Below are positions 40,601-49,757 of a DNA stretch of 63,514 nucleotides, piece by piece. The notes beneath the pieces are model-generated. The model saw only the letters and a program-made list of their open reading frames with translations. It was not told where the DNA came from and ran no database searches. Position numbers and translations under genes: made by a program. Position 1 is the stretch's first letter. Every line of letters starts with the position of its first letter. The stretch lies in the sequence record DRR723986_6594, one strand, 5' to 3'.

Positions 40601-41157
40601 TGATAGTTCACTACCCGCTCATAACTATCACTAAACCAATCTATCTTGCCCGTTAAGAAGCATAGTGTTAAAATAGCAATTGGTATTGCTGCATATTTTA
40701 GATACTTGGAATTTGATTTAAAATTTATTGCAGATTTAAAAGGAATAGGCTGTAACTCCTTGGATTTTTGCTCAATACCTGCAATTAATAAATCGGATTG
40801 TTTCGGGTTTTGGTCAAGTTGAAGGACATTTAATAGTTTGTCATTGACTTCTGGAAAGTGATTCCCAATTAATTTAGAGGCTGTTTCATAATCTATACCG
40901 CTTCGCAGCTTAAACAGTTGAAGCAATGGCATTGCAATAAATTTTACAAATAGACCAAGTTCAACAACTATGAATGTCCAGAACAAAACAGTTCTCGCTG
41001 TTGGATTTAGCCACAACATAAACTCAACAAACAATGTAATAATAAAATATAACAACCCTATTGCAAAAAATAAGATTGCGCCTTTAAGCAATTCATTAGT
41101 GTAATAGCGCCTAATAAACTGCTCTAACTTTTGTTTTATAGTCTCGAAATTGCTCAT
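37639..41157 (-). CDS. Large membrane-anchored coiled-coil protein (DUF4175-like)
   Basis: N-terminal TMs, beta-rich region ending ASDDYGL, long E/K/Q coiled coil and a G/E/Q low-complexity insert. Confidence 0.75.
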   Translation of the reverse strand: MSNFETIKQKLEQFIRRYYTNELLKGAILFFAIGLLYFIITLFVEFMLWLNPTARTVLFWTFIVVELGLFVKFIAMPLLQLFKLRSGIDYETASKLIGNHFPEVNDKLLNVLQLDQNPKQSDLLIAGIEQKSKELQPIPFKSAINFKSNSKYLKYAAIPIAILTLCFLTGKIDWFSDSYERVVNYQTAYEPPAPFQFFVINESLNAIENKDFKLNVKTVGDVLPENAQIKFNGQSYFLQQLTPGEFQFVFSLPKEPIEFTLTANDVVSKPHTLGVLNTPNLVNFEMVLDYPTHTKKQDEVFKSTGSAVIPEGTKVTWRARTKATNSVKLYAEDTIAFKAVDEDNFEASKRLFKSLNYSITTSNESLIDYENLSYNISVVKDVYPELSIQVQVDSLDQQSLYFYGQASDDYGLSRLQLVYYPSEDESKKVIEPITISKSNFSEFVSAFPNQFKLEEGVSYQLYFEVFDNDVLHNYKHTKSSVFNYRKLTKEEEEQKQLQEQNETIQDISKTFEKLKEQDKKLEELSKTQKEKESLNFNDKKKFEDFLKRQKQQEQLMKNFNKKLQDNLEEFQNEKKEEDQFKEDLKERLKENEEQLKKDEKLLEELEELKDKINKEEFTQKLEELAKQNKNKKRSMKQLLELTKRFYVMKKAEKIANQLEDLAKKQEDLSNKDKENTKEEQEKINNEFDKLQKDMEDLKQEDRRLQKPMKVPVDDFLKEEIKFDQKEAKEALEKKEQSESEQKPEDAQQQQEKAKKSQKKASQKMKKMGEKMKQMMAGGGGGGGEQMSEDIDTLRQILENLLLYSFDQEELMNTFEIIDIDNNKYGKYTIEQSNLREHFEHIDDSLFALSLRQPKLSEQVNTQITDVYFNIDKALSQLTENRLYQGVASQQYAITASNELASFLSDVLDNMEMSMNPSPGSGEGDMQLPDIIMSQEELNKQMEEGVKKNEEGKKGEGEEPGEKGEEGKEGEGKKSGEEGEQSQSGQNGENGQQKGEGEQDNSKGDKGKSGKDGENGGEGNQGEGNKNDGYGEGGSEEQNGELFKIYQQQQQLRQALEDKLAKEGKIQSVGELIKQMEEIELDLLNSGFTNQTLQKMMDLQHQLLKLENATFMQGQDSKRKSETNRKEFNQTNQNQIPTAKQYFNTTEILNRQALPLQSHYKKKIQEYFRTTND

Positions 41158-41265
41158 GTATATCTAACTGCCTAATCTACAATTTTATTTTAATTGAAGT
41201 TTCCATAAATTTGGTAAGATTCTGTTAATTTAGAGCATTTAATAGTTAAATACGTTGAATTTTCG

Positions 41266-42309
41266 ATGAAAGACTTAAAATACTTAGCTGCATTTTCAAT
41301 TCCCGCCGTTGCTTTTCTTGGTTTATTTCTTAAAGGATATTGGGTTTGGGCCACTCCTGTTTTTGCCTTTATTTGTATTCCAATTTTAGAATTAATTTTT
41401 CCCATAGACACTTATAATTTGGAAAGCGAAGAGGTAGAGAACCACCTTAAAAAAAAGATATTTGACTGGTTATTGTATTTAAATCTACCTATTGTATATG
41501 CGTTAATAATTTTAGCCCTGTATACCGTTTCCAAAGTTAGCTTGCAGACCTTAGAGTTTGTTGGTTTAATTATCTCGGTAGGCATAGTTTTAGGTGTTAA
41601 TGGTATTAACGTAGGGCACGAATTAGGGCATAGACAAAGCACAAATGAACGCTTTATCGGCAAGGCCTTGCTATTACCTTCGTTTTACATGCATTTTTAT
41701 ATTGAACATAATTACGGCCACCATCTTAATGCTGCAACACCTGAGGATCCGGCAACTGCCAGATATAACCAAAGTGTCTATTCGTTTTGGTTTACCTCTA
41801 CCATTGGACAATACTTTAGCGCATGGAAAATTCAACAGAAACTGCTTAAAAACAATGGTCAATCATTTTTGTCCTTAAAAAACGATATGTTTTGGTATTT
41901 AATTATTCAGCTAATCTATATCATTTCTATTGCTTTAATTTTTGGCAAATCTGCTTTAGATTTTGCCATTGCAAGCGGTATTGTTGGCTTCATCTTACTT
42001 GAAACTGTAAATTATATAGAACATTATGGCTTAATACGCCTAAAAACCAAAGCTGGTCGCTATGGGCGTGTAAAAGAAGTACATTCGTGGAATTCAAATC
42101 ACGTAATTGGGCGTATAGTTTTATATGAGCTAACCAGACACAGTGACCACCACTATAAATCTTCTAAAAAATATCAGATATTAGACTGCCACGACGAAAG
42201 TCCTCAAATGCCATATGGTTACCCAACCTCTATGGTATTGTCGATGATTCCACCGCTTTGGTTTAAGATAATGAATAAGCGTGTCCCAAAATCAATGATT
42301 GTATCTTAA
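41266..42309 (+). CDS. alkB: Alkane 1-monooxygenase (AlkB family)
   Basis: His boxes HELGH, EHNYGHH, NYIEHYG and LTRHSDHH, plus ATPEDPATAR and PQMPYGY. Confidence 0.92.
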   Translation: MKDLKYLAAFSIPAVAFLGLFLKGYWVWATPVFAFICIPILELIFPIDTYNLESEEVENHLKKKIFDWLLYLNLPIVYALIILALYTVSKVSLQTLEFVGLIISVGIVLGVNGINVGHELGHRQSTNERFIGKALLLPSFYMHFYIEHNYGHHLNAATPEDPATARYNQSVYSFWFTSTIGQYFSAWKIQQKLLKNNGQSFLSLKNDMFWYLIIQLIYIISIALIFGKSALDFAIASGIVGFILLETVNYIEHYGLIRLKTKAGRYGRVKEVHSWNSNHVIGRIVLYELTRHSDHHYKSSKKYQILDCHDESPQMPYGYPTSMVLSMIPPLWFKIMNKRVPKSMIVS

Positions 42310-42355
42310 GCCTCCAATTTCTTTGTTCTCAAATCTTATCAAACTATCTTTGTGT

Positions 42356-42383
42356 GAGATCCTGAAAATAGTTCAGGATAACA
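42356..42383 (+). repeat. REP-like palindrome (GAG-ATCCTGAA-aatag-TTCAGGAT-AACA)
   Basis: 8-bp perfect stem just downstream of the gltX -7 element (TATCTTTG, 42345-42352). Confidence 0.5.
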
Positions 42384-42405
42384 AATATTGTAGTGTTTAT
42401 TTATT

Positions 42406-43920
42406 ATGTCAAAAAACGTTCGTGTACGCTTTGCTCCTAGTCCAACAGGTCCATTACACATAGGAGGTGTAAGAACCGCATTATTCAACTATCTTTTCGC
42501 TAAAAAACATGGTGGTGATTTTGTTCTTAGAATTGAAGACACCGACCAAAACCGTTATGTTGAAGGTGCAGAAAACTATATAGTTGAGGCTTTAAATTGG
42601 TGTGGTATTCCTTTTGATGAAGGCCCTGGGAAAAATGAAAAATTTGGACCATACAGGCAAAGTGAGCGAAAAGATTTATACAAGCAATATGCTGACGAAT
42701 TGATCGAAAACGGAAAGGCTTACTATGCCTTTGACACTCCTGAAGAATTGGCCGAACATAGAAAAGGACATGAGGCAGAGGGCAAAACTTTTATATACAA
42801 TTGGCACAATAGAGAAAAAGGTCGTTTAGTTAACTCATTGGTTTTATCTGAAGAAGAAACACAAGTAAAAATTAATGCTGGTGAGCATTATGTAGTGCGT
42901 TTTAAATCGCCACAAGACAAAACGCTTCAACTAAATGATATAATTCGTGGAAATATTTCAATAGACACAAACGTCTTAGATGATAAAATTCTGTTTAAAA
43001 GCGACGGTATGCCAACATATCATTTAGCGAATATTGTAGACGATCATTTAATGGAAATTACGCACGTTATACGTGGTGAAGAATGGCTACCCTCTTTAGC
43101 TTTACATAGATTACTGTATGATGCTTTTGGTTGGGAGGCGCCAGAATTTGCGCACTTACCATTGATTTTAAAACCGACAGGAAAAGGTAAATTAAGTAAG
43201 CGAGATGGTGATAAAATGGGCTTTCCTGTGTTTCCGTTAGAATATACTGCTCCAGATGGCACAATATCTAGAGGATATAAAGAAGATGGTTATTTTCCTG
43301 AAGCTGTCGTTAACTTTTTAGCTTTTTTGGGCTGGAACCCAGGAACCGAACAAGAAATTTTCAGCCTAGAAGCACTTGTTAAAGAATTTGATTTAACCCG
43401 AGTACATAAGGCTGGAGCAAGATTTGACCCGGACAAAACCAAATGGTTTAATCACCATTATATGCAAAATCAATTAGATTTAGAATTAGCACAAGAATTT
43501 AAATCTAAAAACATTTTACTTAAAAACATAGACATTAACTACATAGCATTAGTTGTTGGTCTAATAAAAGAACGAGCAACTTTTGTAAGTGATTTTTGGG
43601 AATTAAGTCATTTCTTTTTTGTTGCGCCTACTAACTACGAAACTAAAGCGGCAAAAAAAGCTTGGAAAGACGATACAGACGATTTAATGCGTGAATTAGT
43701 TGTTGTTATTGAAGATGCTGAAGCAGATTCTGCAGAGACGCTGAGAACTGCAATTAAGGATTGGATAACATTTAAAGAAATTGGATTTGGTAAAGTTATG
43801 ATGCCACTGCGTCTATCGCTTGTTGGTGCTTTACAAGGGCCAGATGTTTTTGATATTATGTTTATGATTGGAAAAGACGAAACTATTAAGCGTATAGAAA
43901 TCGCAATAGAGTCATTTTAG
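42406..43920 (+). CDS. gltX: Glutamate--tRNA ligase
   Basis: RFAPSPTGPLHIGG, THVIRGEEW and KLSKR motifs. Confidence 0.98.
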   Translation: MSKNVRVRFAPSPTGPLHIGGVRTALFNYLFAKKHGGDFVLRIEDTDQNRYVEGAENYIVEALNWCGIPFDEGPGKNEKFGPYRQSERKDLYKQYADELIENGKAYYAFDTPEELAEHRKGHEAEGKTFIYNWHNREKGRLVNSLVLSEEETQVKINAGEHYVVRFKSPQDKTLQLNDIIRGNISIDTNVLDDKILFKSDGMPTYHLANIVDDHLMEITHVIRGEEWLPSLALHRLLYDAFGWEAPEFAHLPLILKPTGKGKLSKRDGDKMGFPVFPLEYTAPDGTISRGYKEDGYFPEAVVNFLAFLGWNPGTEQEIFSLEALVKEFDLTRVHKAGARFDPDKTKWFNHHYMQNQLDLELAQEFKSKNILLKNIDINYIALVVGLIKERATFVSDFWELSHFFFVAPTNYETKAAKKAWKDDTDDLMRELVVVIEDAEADSAETLRTAIKDWITFKEIGFGKVMMPLRLSLVGALQGPDVFDIMFMIGKDETIKRIEIAIESF

Positions 43921-43924
43921 TTTA

Positions 43925-44626
43925 CTAAAAGGTTATAAGCAACGCGAAAGTTAACATTGACATATTGCCTTTATACTCGTAATCCCCTGAATGCGGTCCT
44001 ATTTCTGAACCATTTCCGTCATTAAGTTTATTTAGCATATTTGTAAATCCGTAGACATACTGCGCTCTTAATTTAAACGAACCAAAACCCAGAGTAGCGC
44101 CTAAGACTCCGTTAACGTTAAACTGAGAAATATCTTCCAAATCTTTAGCGAGTATGTTGATATCATCATCAAGATAAATAAATTGGTTATCTGCGTTAGA
44201 AGATTGTTCTTCTAGTTTCCCATTATATTGAAGCATTGGCCCTATATCTATAGTTAATAGATTAGGAATGGTCTTTACATGAAACATAAACGAAAGTTGT
44301 GCGGCAAACATTTTATATTCAATGTATTTGTCAGTAAGAACTCCTGTGATTAATTCTGAACCTGCAATTTCAATGTTATTTTCAGAAAGTTGCATTCCAT
44401 AACTAACATTATACCATTTATTTGGCAAGTCACCAGTAGCAGAAGCACTTATTAACCAGCCATTACCTTTCTTAGTCTCAAAATTATCTGTTATGATATC
44501 AAACTGCGTTAGTCCTCCACCCAGTGCAAACCCGTTTTTAATAGTATATCTTCTATGTTGTGCGTTGCTAAGTGTAACAAATACAATACAAATAACAACT
44601 AATAGGTGCAGTTTAGATTTTTTCAT
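43925..44626 (-). CDS. Outer-membrane beta-barrel protein (PorT/OMP_b-brl-like)
   Basis: Sec signal, alternating amphipathic strands, RAQYVYG motif, C-terminal Phe; TAGGTTTG promoter at 44649-44656. Confidence 0.65.
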   Translation of the reverse strand: MKKSKLHLLVVICIVFVTLSNAQHRRYTIKNGFALGGGLTQFDIITDNFETKKGNGWLISASATGDLPNKWYNVSYGMQLSENNIEIAGSELITGVLTDKYIEYKMFAAQLSFMFHVKTIPNLLTIDIGPMLQYNGKLEEQSSNADNQFIYLDDDINILAKDLEDISQFNVNGVLGATLGFGSFKLRAQYVYGFTNMLNKLNDGNGSEIGPHSGDYEYKGNMSMLTFALLITF

Positions 44627-44720
44627 GTGTTTTCTTGACTGATTAAAACAAACCTAAGTAAAATAATTTAATATTACTTACTTTTAATATCTCGTATTAT
44701 TTAACCATTAAAAACTTATT

Positions 44721-45650
44721 ATGGGTCAATTTATTTTAGTTCCGATTTTATTTATTTCTTTTTTTGTAATAATCTCTGCTTTTTTTATTGTAAAGCAGCA
44801 AACTGCGGCAATAATTGAGAGATTTGGAAAATATCAAAGCATCAGACACTCTGGTCTTCAGTTAAAAATTCCTTTAGTGGATCGCATTGCTGGAAAATTA
44901 AGTCTTAAAATTCAACAATTAGACGTAATTATTGAAACCAAAACTTTAGATGACGTTTTTGTAAGGTTAAAAGTTTCTGTACAGTACAAGGTTATTCGTG
45001 ATAAGGTATATGATGCGTTTTATAAATTAGATTATCCACATGACCAAATCACATCTTATGTTTTTGATGTAGTAAGAGCGGAGGTGCCAAAAATGAAATT
45101 AGATGACGTTTTTGTGCGTAAAGATGATATTGCAATTGCTGTTAAAACAGAACTTAACGACGCCATGATGGACTATGGATATGACATCATAAAAACGTTA
45201 GTTACAGATATTGATCCTGATGCACAAGTAAAAGAGGCTATGAACCGTATTAATGCTTCTGAACGAGAAAAAATTGCAGCACAGTTTGAAGGAGACGCAG
45301 CAAGGATACTTATTGTAGAAAAAGCCAAAGCTGAAGCCGAAAGTAAGCGTTTACAGGGTCAAGGTATTGCTGATCAACGACGAGAAATTGCTCGTGGATT
45401 AGAAGAGTCTGTTGAGGTTCTAAATAAAGTAGGTATCAATTCTCAGGAAGCATCTGCATTAATTGTTGTTACGCAGCACTACGACACATTACAAGCTATA
45501 GGTGGTGAAACCAATAGTAATTTAATTTTATTACCTAATTCACCCCAAGCAGGCAGCAATATGTTAAATGATATGGTAGCAAGCTTCACGGCCAGTAATC
45601 AAATTGGAGAGGCTATGAAAAATGCTCAAAATAAAAACACAGAAGATTAA
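44721..45650 (+). CDS. SPFH/band 7 (stomatin-like) protein
   Basis: IIERFGK, ETKTLDDVFV, FDVVRAEVP and AEAESKRLQGQG motifs. Confidence 0.92.
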   Translation: MGQFILVPILFISFFVIISAFFIVKQQTAAIIERFGKYQSIRHSGLQLKIPLVDRIAGKLSLKIQQLDVIIETKTLDDVFVRLKVSVQYKVIRDKVYDAFYKLDYPHDQITSYVFDVVRAEVPKMKLDDVFVRKDDIAIAVKTELNDAMMDYGYDIIKTLVTDIDPDAQVKEAMNRINASEREKIAAQFEGDAARILIVEKAKAEAESKRLQGQGIADQRREIARGLEESVEVLNKVGINSQEASALIVVTQHYDTLQAIGGETNSNLILLPNSPQAGSNMLNDMVASFTASNQIGEAMKNAQNKNTED

Positions 45651-45666
45651 CTATGTCATATAATTT

Positions 45667-45702
45667 TTAAAAAGGCCTCAGGATTTTCCAAGGCTTTTTT
45701 AA
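45667..45702. terminator. Bidirectional intrinsic terminator
   Basis: TTAAAAAGGCCT...AGGCTTTTTTAA between convergent genes. Confidence 0.7.
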
Positions 45703-45713
45703 TAGTTAAATTA

Positions 45714-46205
45714 TTAGTGCCATGCGCATATAATACCACCCATTACCGCGAGTGTTACAATCCAATAACCGGAATTAATAAAAATGTATTTAGCACTTTT
45801 GCGCTCAAAAAGTGCAATAGTACCAATAATTGGTAAGGCGCCAAATACACCGAAAATCCCACCGTGCAATGCACCGTGTCCAAAAGAACGATGTGCATGT
45901 CCATAATCTGCCATAAAGGCTTCAAAAGAAGCTTTAGCATTTTCTGGGTCACCACCAATCATACCGAGAGCTCCCCATTGATGGTTAGTAAATTGCATTA
46001 ACAAAAAATTTAAAAGAACAGCGAATAAAAGAGCTAGGCCAAAAATAACAGCCATATTCCCTCCTTTCATCTTTTCTTCAGTCATACCAGATTCTCGCAT
46101 CCAGACGTTTCCAAAACCTACTTTTGGGTTATACCAAAAGGAACCAATGAGTAATGCAGCTACTGCCGCAACGCCAATGGCGATAGGGTTAATAGGTAAT
46201 TCCAT
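45714..46205 (-). CDS. DUF1761-like membrane protein (start revised to ATG 46205)
   Basis: INPIAIGVAA..IGSFWYNPKVGFGNVW; FERKS..FINSGY; four TMs. The longer ORF-track start abuts the glnS terminator. Confidence 0.8.
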   Translation of the reverse strand: MELPINPIAIGVAAVAALLIGSFWYNPKVGFGNVWMRESGMTEEKMKGGNMAVIFGLALLFAVLLNFLLMQFTNHQWGALGMIGGDPENAKASFEAFMADYGHAHRSFGHGALHGGIFGVFGALPIIGTIALFERKSAKYIFINSGYWIVTLAVMGGIICAWH

Positions 46206-46242
46206 AATTAAATTGATTTTATAGTTAGTCCCAGAAAGGTAC

Positions 46243-46276
46243 AAAAAAACCTCTAAGTTAATTTCTTAGAGGTTTT
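46243..46276 (-). terminator. Intrinsic terminator of glnS
   Basis: AAAACCTCTAAG-ttaattt-CTTAGAGGTTTT hairpin with a U-tract on the minus strand. Confidence 0.8.
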
Positions 46277-46295
46277 GAAGTGTTACATAATAAAA

Positions 46296-48308
46296 CTACA
46301 GCGCGCCAGCTTCTTCAACCAATAATTCGTTCTTATCTTCTAAAGCTTTAGCAATAAAATCATTGATTGCATCATTTCTTTCTAAACCATTTTTAAGCAG
46401 TTCTTTTAAAGTTATCATAACAGCAATACGAGTACCTGCCTTTTTAACGGCTGTACCAAATAAAGGCTCTAATTCATCATAAGAGACATCTTTTGCTAGT
46501 TGCTGTATCTCAGATTTAACCTTTAGGCGCTTTTCTTCAGGGAGGTTTGTATATTTTTTACCAAACTGCTGAATCACACCAATGGCAGCAAGCTTTTGTT
46601 GTGGTTGTTTTGGTTTATTTTGATTTTGACTATTCGGTTGTGGTTTTGGCTTTTTCTTAGCCCAACTATCTCTTAAGCCAACTGTTTTATTAAAGACTAA
46701 ATGTTCTGGTTTAGAATCATTATCAACATTAAAATAACCAATGCGTTGAAATTGAAATGTCTCACCCACACTGACATCAGCTAAACTCGGTTCTATATAA
46801 CCGGTTCTCACTTTCAGGGAGTTAGGATTTAAGAATTCCATAAAATCCTTCTCTTTATCACTATCTGGTGCCTCATGCATAAATAAACGATCGTACTCTC
46901 TTATCTCTGCATTTATAGCATGTTTAATTGATACCCAATGTAGTGTACCCTTCACCTTTTTAGAAGTGTCTGTGTCATATGTACAATGTATTTCTGTTAC
47001 CTCACCATTATTATCCTTAACCACATTGCTAGCTTTAATAATATATGCATTTTTTAATCGTACTTCACCTCCTAATTTTAGTCTAAAAAACTTATTTCCT
47101 GCTTCTTCTTTAAAATCCTCCTTCTCAATATAAATTTCTCTTGAAAAAGGAACTTTTCTAAATCCGGCAGAAACATCTTCTTGATTGTTCTCTGCCTCTA
47201 ACCACTCTTCTTTATCATCAGGATAATTAGTAATAACCACCTTAACCGGATCTAAAACAACCATTACTCTGTTTGCGGTTTTATTTAAGTCTTCCCTAAT
47301 ACAAAACTCTAGTAATGACACATCAATTACATTTTCTCGCTTTGCTACACCAACTTTTTCTATAAACTGCCTTATAGATTTTGGCGTATAGCCTCTTCGT
47401 CTTAAACCAGAAATGGTTGGCATACGCGGATCGTCCCATCCGGCAACAATACCGTCATTTACTAAGCGTAATAATTTACGCTTACTCATAATCGTATAAC
47501 TAAGGTTTAATCTAGCAAATTCTCGCTGTTTAGGAGGTAGTGGTAGTTTATCCTTAGCATAATTATATACATGGTCTCTAAACCAATTATAAAGCTTTCT
47601 ATGAGGTTTAAATTCTAGCGAGCACAATGAGTGTGATATTTGTTCTATGTAATCACTTTCGCCGTGTGTCCAGTCGTACATTGGGTAAATACACCACTCA
47701 TCACCTGTTCTGTGATGATGCGCATACAAAATACGATACATAATTGGGTCGCGCATCAACATATTTGGATCTTCCATATCTATTTTTGCACGCAAAACAT
47801 GTGTGCCAGCAGGAAACTCGCCTGCCTTCATACGTTGAAATAAGTCTAAATTCTCTTCTACGCTTCTATTTCTAAAAGGACTATTTGTTCCTGGTTGTAT
47901 TGGAGTCCCTTTTTGTTCTGCCATTTCTTCAGACGATTGAGAATCTACATAGGCCTTACCGTCTTTAATGAGTTGTACAGCCCATTCGTATAGCTTATCA
48001 AAATAGTCTGAAGAATATAATTCATTTTCCCACTTATAACCGAGCCATGCAATGTCTCGTTTTATAGCATCTACATACTCCTGTTCTTCTTTTGCAGGAT
48101 TTGTATCATCAAACCTTAAATTTACAGGTGCATTGTATTTTTCACCTAGTCCAAAACTAATTCCAATGGCTTTTGTGTGGCCAATATGTAAATACCCATT
48201 AGGTTCTGGCGGAAAACGGAACCTCAGCTTTTCTTTTGGTAATCCGTTTGCTAGATCCTCTTCTATGATATGCTCAATAAAATTGAGTGATTTTGATTCT
48301 TCTGACAT
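46296..48308 (-). CDS. glnS: Glutamine--tRNA ligase with C-terminal extension
   Basis: RFPPEPNGYLHIGH, RFDDTNP, MSKRKL, WDDPRMPTI and FQFQRIGYF motifs. Confidence 0.97.
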   Translation of the reverse strand: MSEESKSLNFIEHIIEEDLANGLPKEKLRFRFPPEPNGYLHIGHTKAIGISFGLGEKYNAPVNLRFDDTNPAKEEQEYVDAIKRDIAWLGYKWENELYSSDYFDKLYEWAVQLIKDGKAYVDSQSSEEMAEQKGTPIQPGTNSPFRNRSVEENLDLFQRMKAGEFPAGTHVLRAKIDMEDPNMLMRDPIMYRILYAHHHRTGDEWCIYPMYDWTHGESDYIEQISHSLCSLEFKPHRKLYNWFRDHVYNYAKDKLPLPPKQREFARLNLSYTIMSKRKLLRLVNDGIVAGWDDPRMPTISGLRRRGYTPKSIRQFIEKVGVAKRENVIDVSLLEFCIREDLNKTANRVMVVLDPVKVVITNYPDDKEEWLEAENNQEDVSAGFRKVPFSREIYIEKEDFKEEAGNKFFRLKLGGEVRLKNAYIIKASNVVKDNNGEVTEIHCTYDTDTSKKVKGTLHWVSIKHAINAEIREYDRLFMHEAPDSDKEKDFMEFLNPNSLKVRTGYIEPSLADVSVGETFQFQRIGYFNVDNDSKPEHLVFNKTVGLRDSWAKKKPKPQPNSQNQNKPKQPQQKLAAIGVIQQFGKKYTNLPEEKRLKVKSEIQQLAKDVSYDELEPLFGTAVKKAGTRIAVMITLKELLKNGLERNDAINDFIAKALEDKNELLVEEAGAL

Positions 48309-48399
48309 TGCAAAAAATTAAAGTGTAAAATTACATAAATTGTAACATTAATGCATTATACATTACTTATAGAGTTGAACCAAAAAAATATCATAAATT

Positions 48400-48600
48400 A
48401 TGAACTACGAATGTCCAAAATGCCACAATACAACATGTGAAATTGGTGAAATGAGAGCTACAGGAGGAACATTATCAAAGATTTTTGATGTGCAGAATAA
48501 AAAATTCACTTCTGTTACTTGTAAAAAGTGCACCTATACTGAGTTTTTTAAAACTAAAACAAGTGCAATCAGTAATATATTCGACTTTTTTACGAATTAA
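48400..48600 (+). CDS. Small zinc-ribbon protein
   Basis: CPKC...CKKC.YTEF with LSKIFDVQNKKF; 66 aa. Confidence 0.8.
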   Translation: MNYECPKCHNTTCEIGEMRATGGTLSKIFDVQNKKFTSVTCKKCTYTEFFKTKTSAISNIFDFFTN

Positions 48601-48645
48601 AGTTTACAACCGCCTCTTGAATATTAGAACACGTATCTTTGTGCT

Positions 48646-49008
48646 ATGGGAATAATAAAAGTTGAAAATATTAGAGTTTTTTCTCATCACGGATGTTTAA
48701 AAGAAGAAACTAAAATTGGCAGTGATTATAGAGTAGACCTTGAAGTAAAAGCTAATCTAAAATCGTCTGAAAAGTCTGATAGACTTGAAGATACAGTCGA
48801 TTACGTGTTTTTAAACAAGGTAGTTAGAGAAGAAATGTCTAAGCCATCTAAACTTTTAGAAACAGTTGCAAAACGCATACTAAACAGAATATTTAAAGAA
48901 GACCAACTTGTACAAAAAGCAACTGTATCTGTTAGTAAAATAAACCCACCCATTGGTGGAGATGTTGAAATGGTAACTATAAAAATGACCGAAAAACGAA
49001 AAAAGTAG
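48646..49008 (+). CDS. folB: Dihydroneopterin aldolase
   Basis: HGCLKEE, DTVDY, LLETVA and VSKINPPI motifs. Confidence 0.93.
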   Translation: MGIIKVENIRVFSHHGCLKEETKIGSDYRVDLEVKANLKSSEKSDRLEDTVDYVFLNKVVREEMSKPSKLLETVAKRILNRIFKEDQLVQKATVSVSKINPPIGGDVEMVTIKMTEKRKK

Positions 49009-49058
49009 GCCAATATAGTGTAGAACCTATATTTTTTTTACATTTGCCCACACAAAAA

Positions 49059-49129
49059 GGTGTCGTGGCCGAGTGGCTAGGCAGTGGTCTGCAACACCAT
49101 CTACAGCGGTTCGAATCCGCTCGACACCT
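49059..49129 (+). tRNA. tRNA-Cys (GCA)
   Basis: Acceptor stem GGTGTCG/CGACACC, D-arm GCCGAGTGGCTAGGC, anticodon loop CTGCAAC (GCA at 49091-49093), T-loop GGTTCGAATCC, U discriminator, no encoded CCA; promoter TACATTTG at 49039-49046. Confidence 0.97.
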
Positions 49130-49131
49130 CT

Positions 49132-49163
49132 AAAAGAGATGCTGAAAAAGTATCTCTTTTTTT
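49132..49163 (+). terminator. Intrinsic terminator after tRNA-Cys
   Basis: AAAAGAGATGCT-gaaaa-AGTATCTCTTTTTTT. Confidence 0.8.
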
Positions 49164-49205
49164 ATGAACTAATTGGATGGTATTATCCTTTAAAACAAAA
49201 AAAGA

Positions 49206-49736
49206 ATGAAAAAAATTAAATTATTAATAATTGCAGTAACACTAGGTAGTTTAACCATTATGTCTTGTTCTAGTAGTGATGATTCTGATGGTTCTTCTTG
49301 TGATAGCCTTATTGATCAACCCGTTCAAGGTAGTTTTAGAGGTGAGTCTTTTGTATCACCAGCTGGTTTTTATAAGGTCTTAACTTTTGGTCAAACCACT
49401 TCAATACGTGGTGAGATATATGTAAAGGAAAATCTAGATACGGATTGTTTATTCCCAACTTTTGAAGGTGATCAGGATAATATTCTTTTTCCGATACCTT
49501 CATTAGAACTTCAAACGATTGCTTTAGAGGAATTTGGTGATAATACATTGAATTTTAATAGAATTACTCAGGGTCAAAATGGTCCAGTAACTGAAATTGA
49601 GTTGGCAGAATGCGGTACTATAGAAATTACAAGTTATGATGCTGATAATGGTATTTTACAAGGAACTGTTGTTGCTAAAGGGCAGTTTGGAAGTAAAGTA
49701 AATGGTAACTTCACCTTGTTATTGTGTGATGATTAA
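49206..49736 (+). CDS. Hypothetical lipoprotein (probably surface-exposed)
   Basis: SpII signal LTIMS-C followed by the acidic SSSDDSDG patch; beta-rich C-terminus (GTIEIT...GTV...NGNF). Confidence 0.7.
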   Translation: MKKIKLLIIAVTLGSLTIMSCSSSDDSDGSSCDSLIDQPVQGSFRGESFVSPAGFYKVLTFGQTTSIRGEIYVKENLDTDCLFPTFEGDQDNILFPIPSLELQTIALEEFGDNTLNFNRITQGQNGPVTEIELAECGTIEITSYDADNGILQGTVVAKGQFGSKVNGNFTLLLCDD

Positions 49737-49757
49737 TTTCTAACCTAATCTATAATC

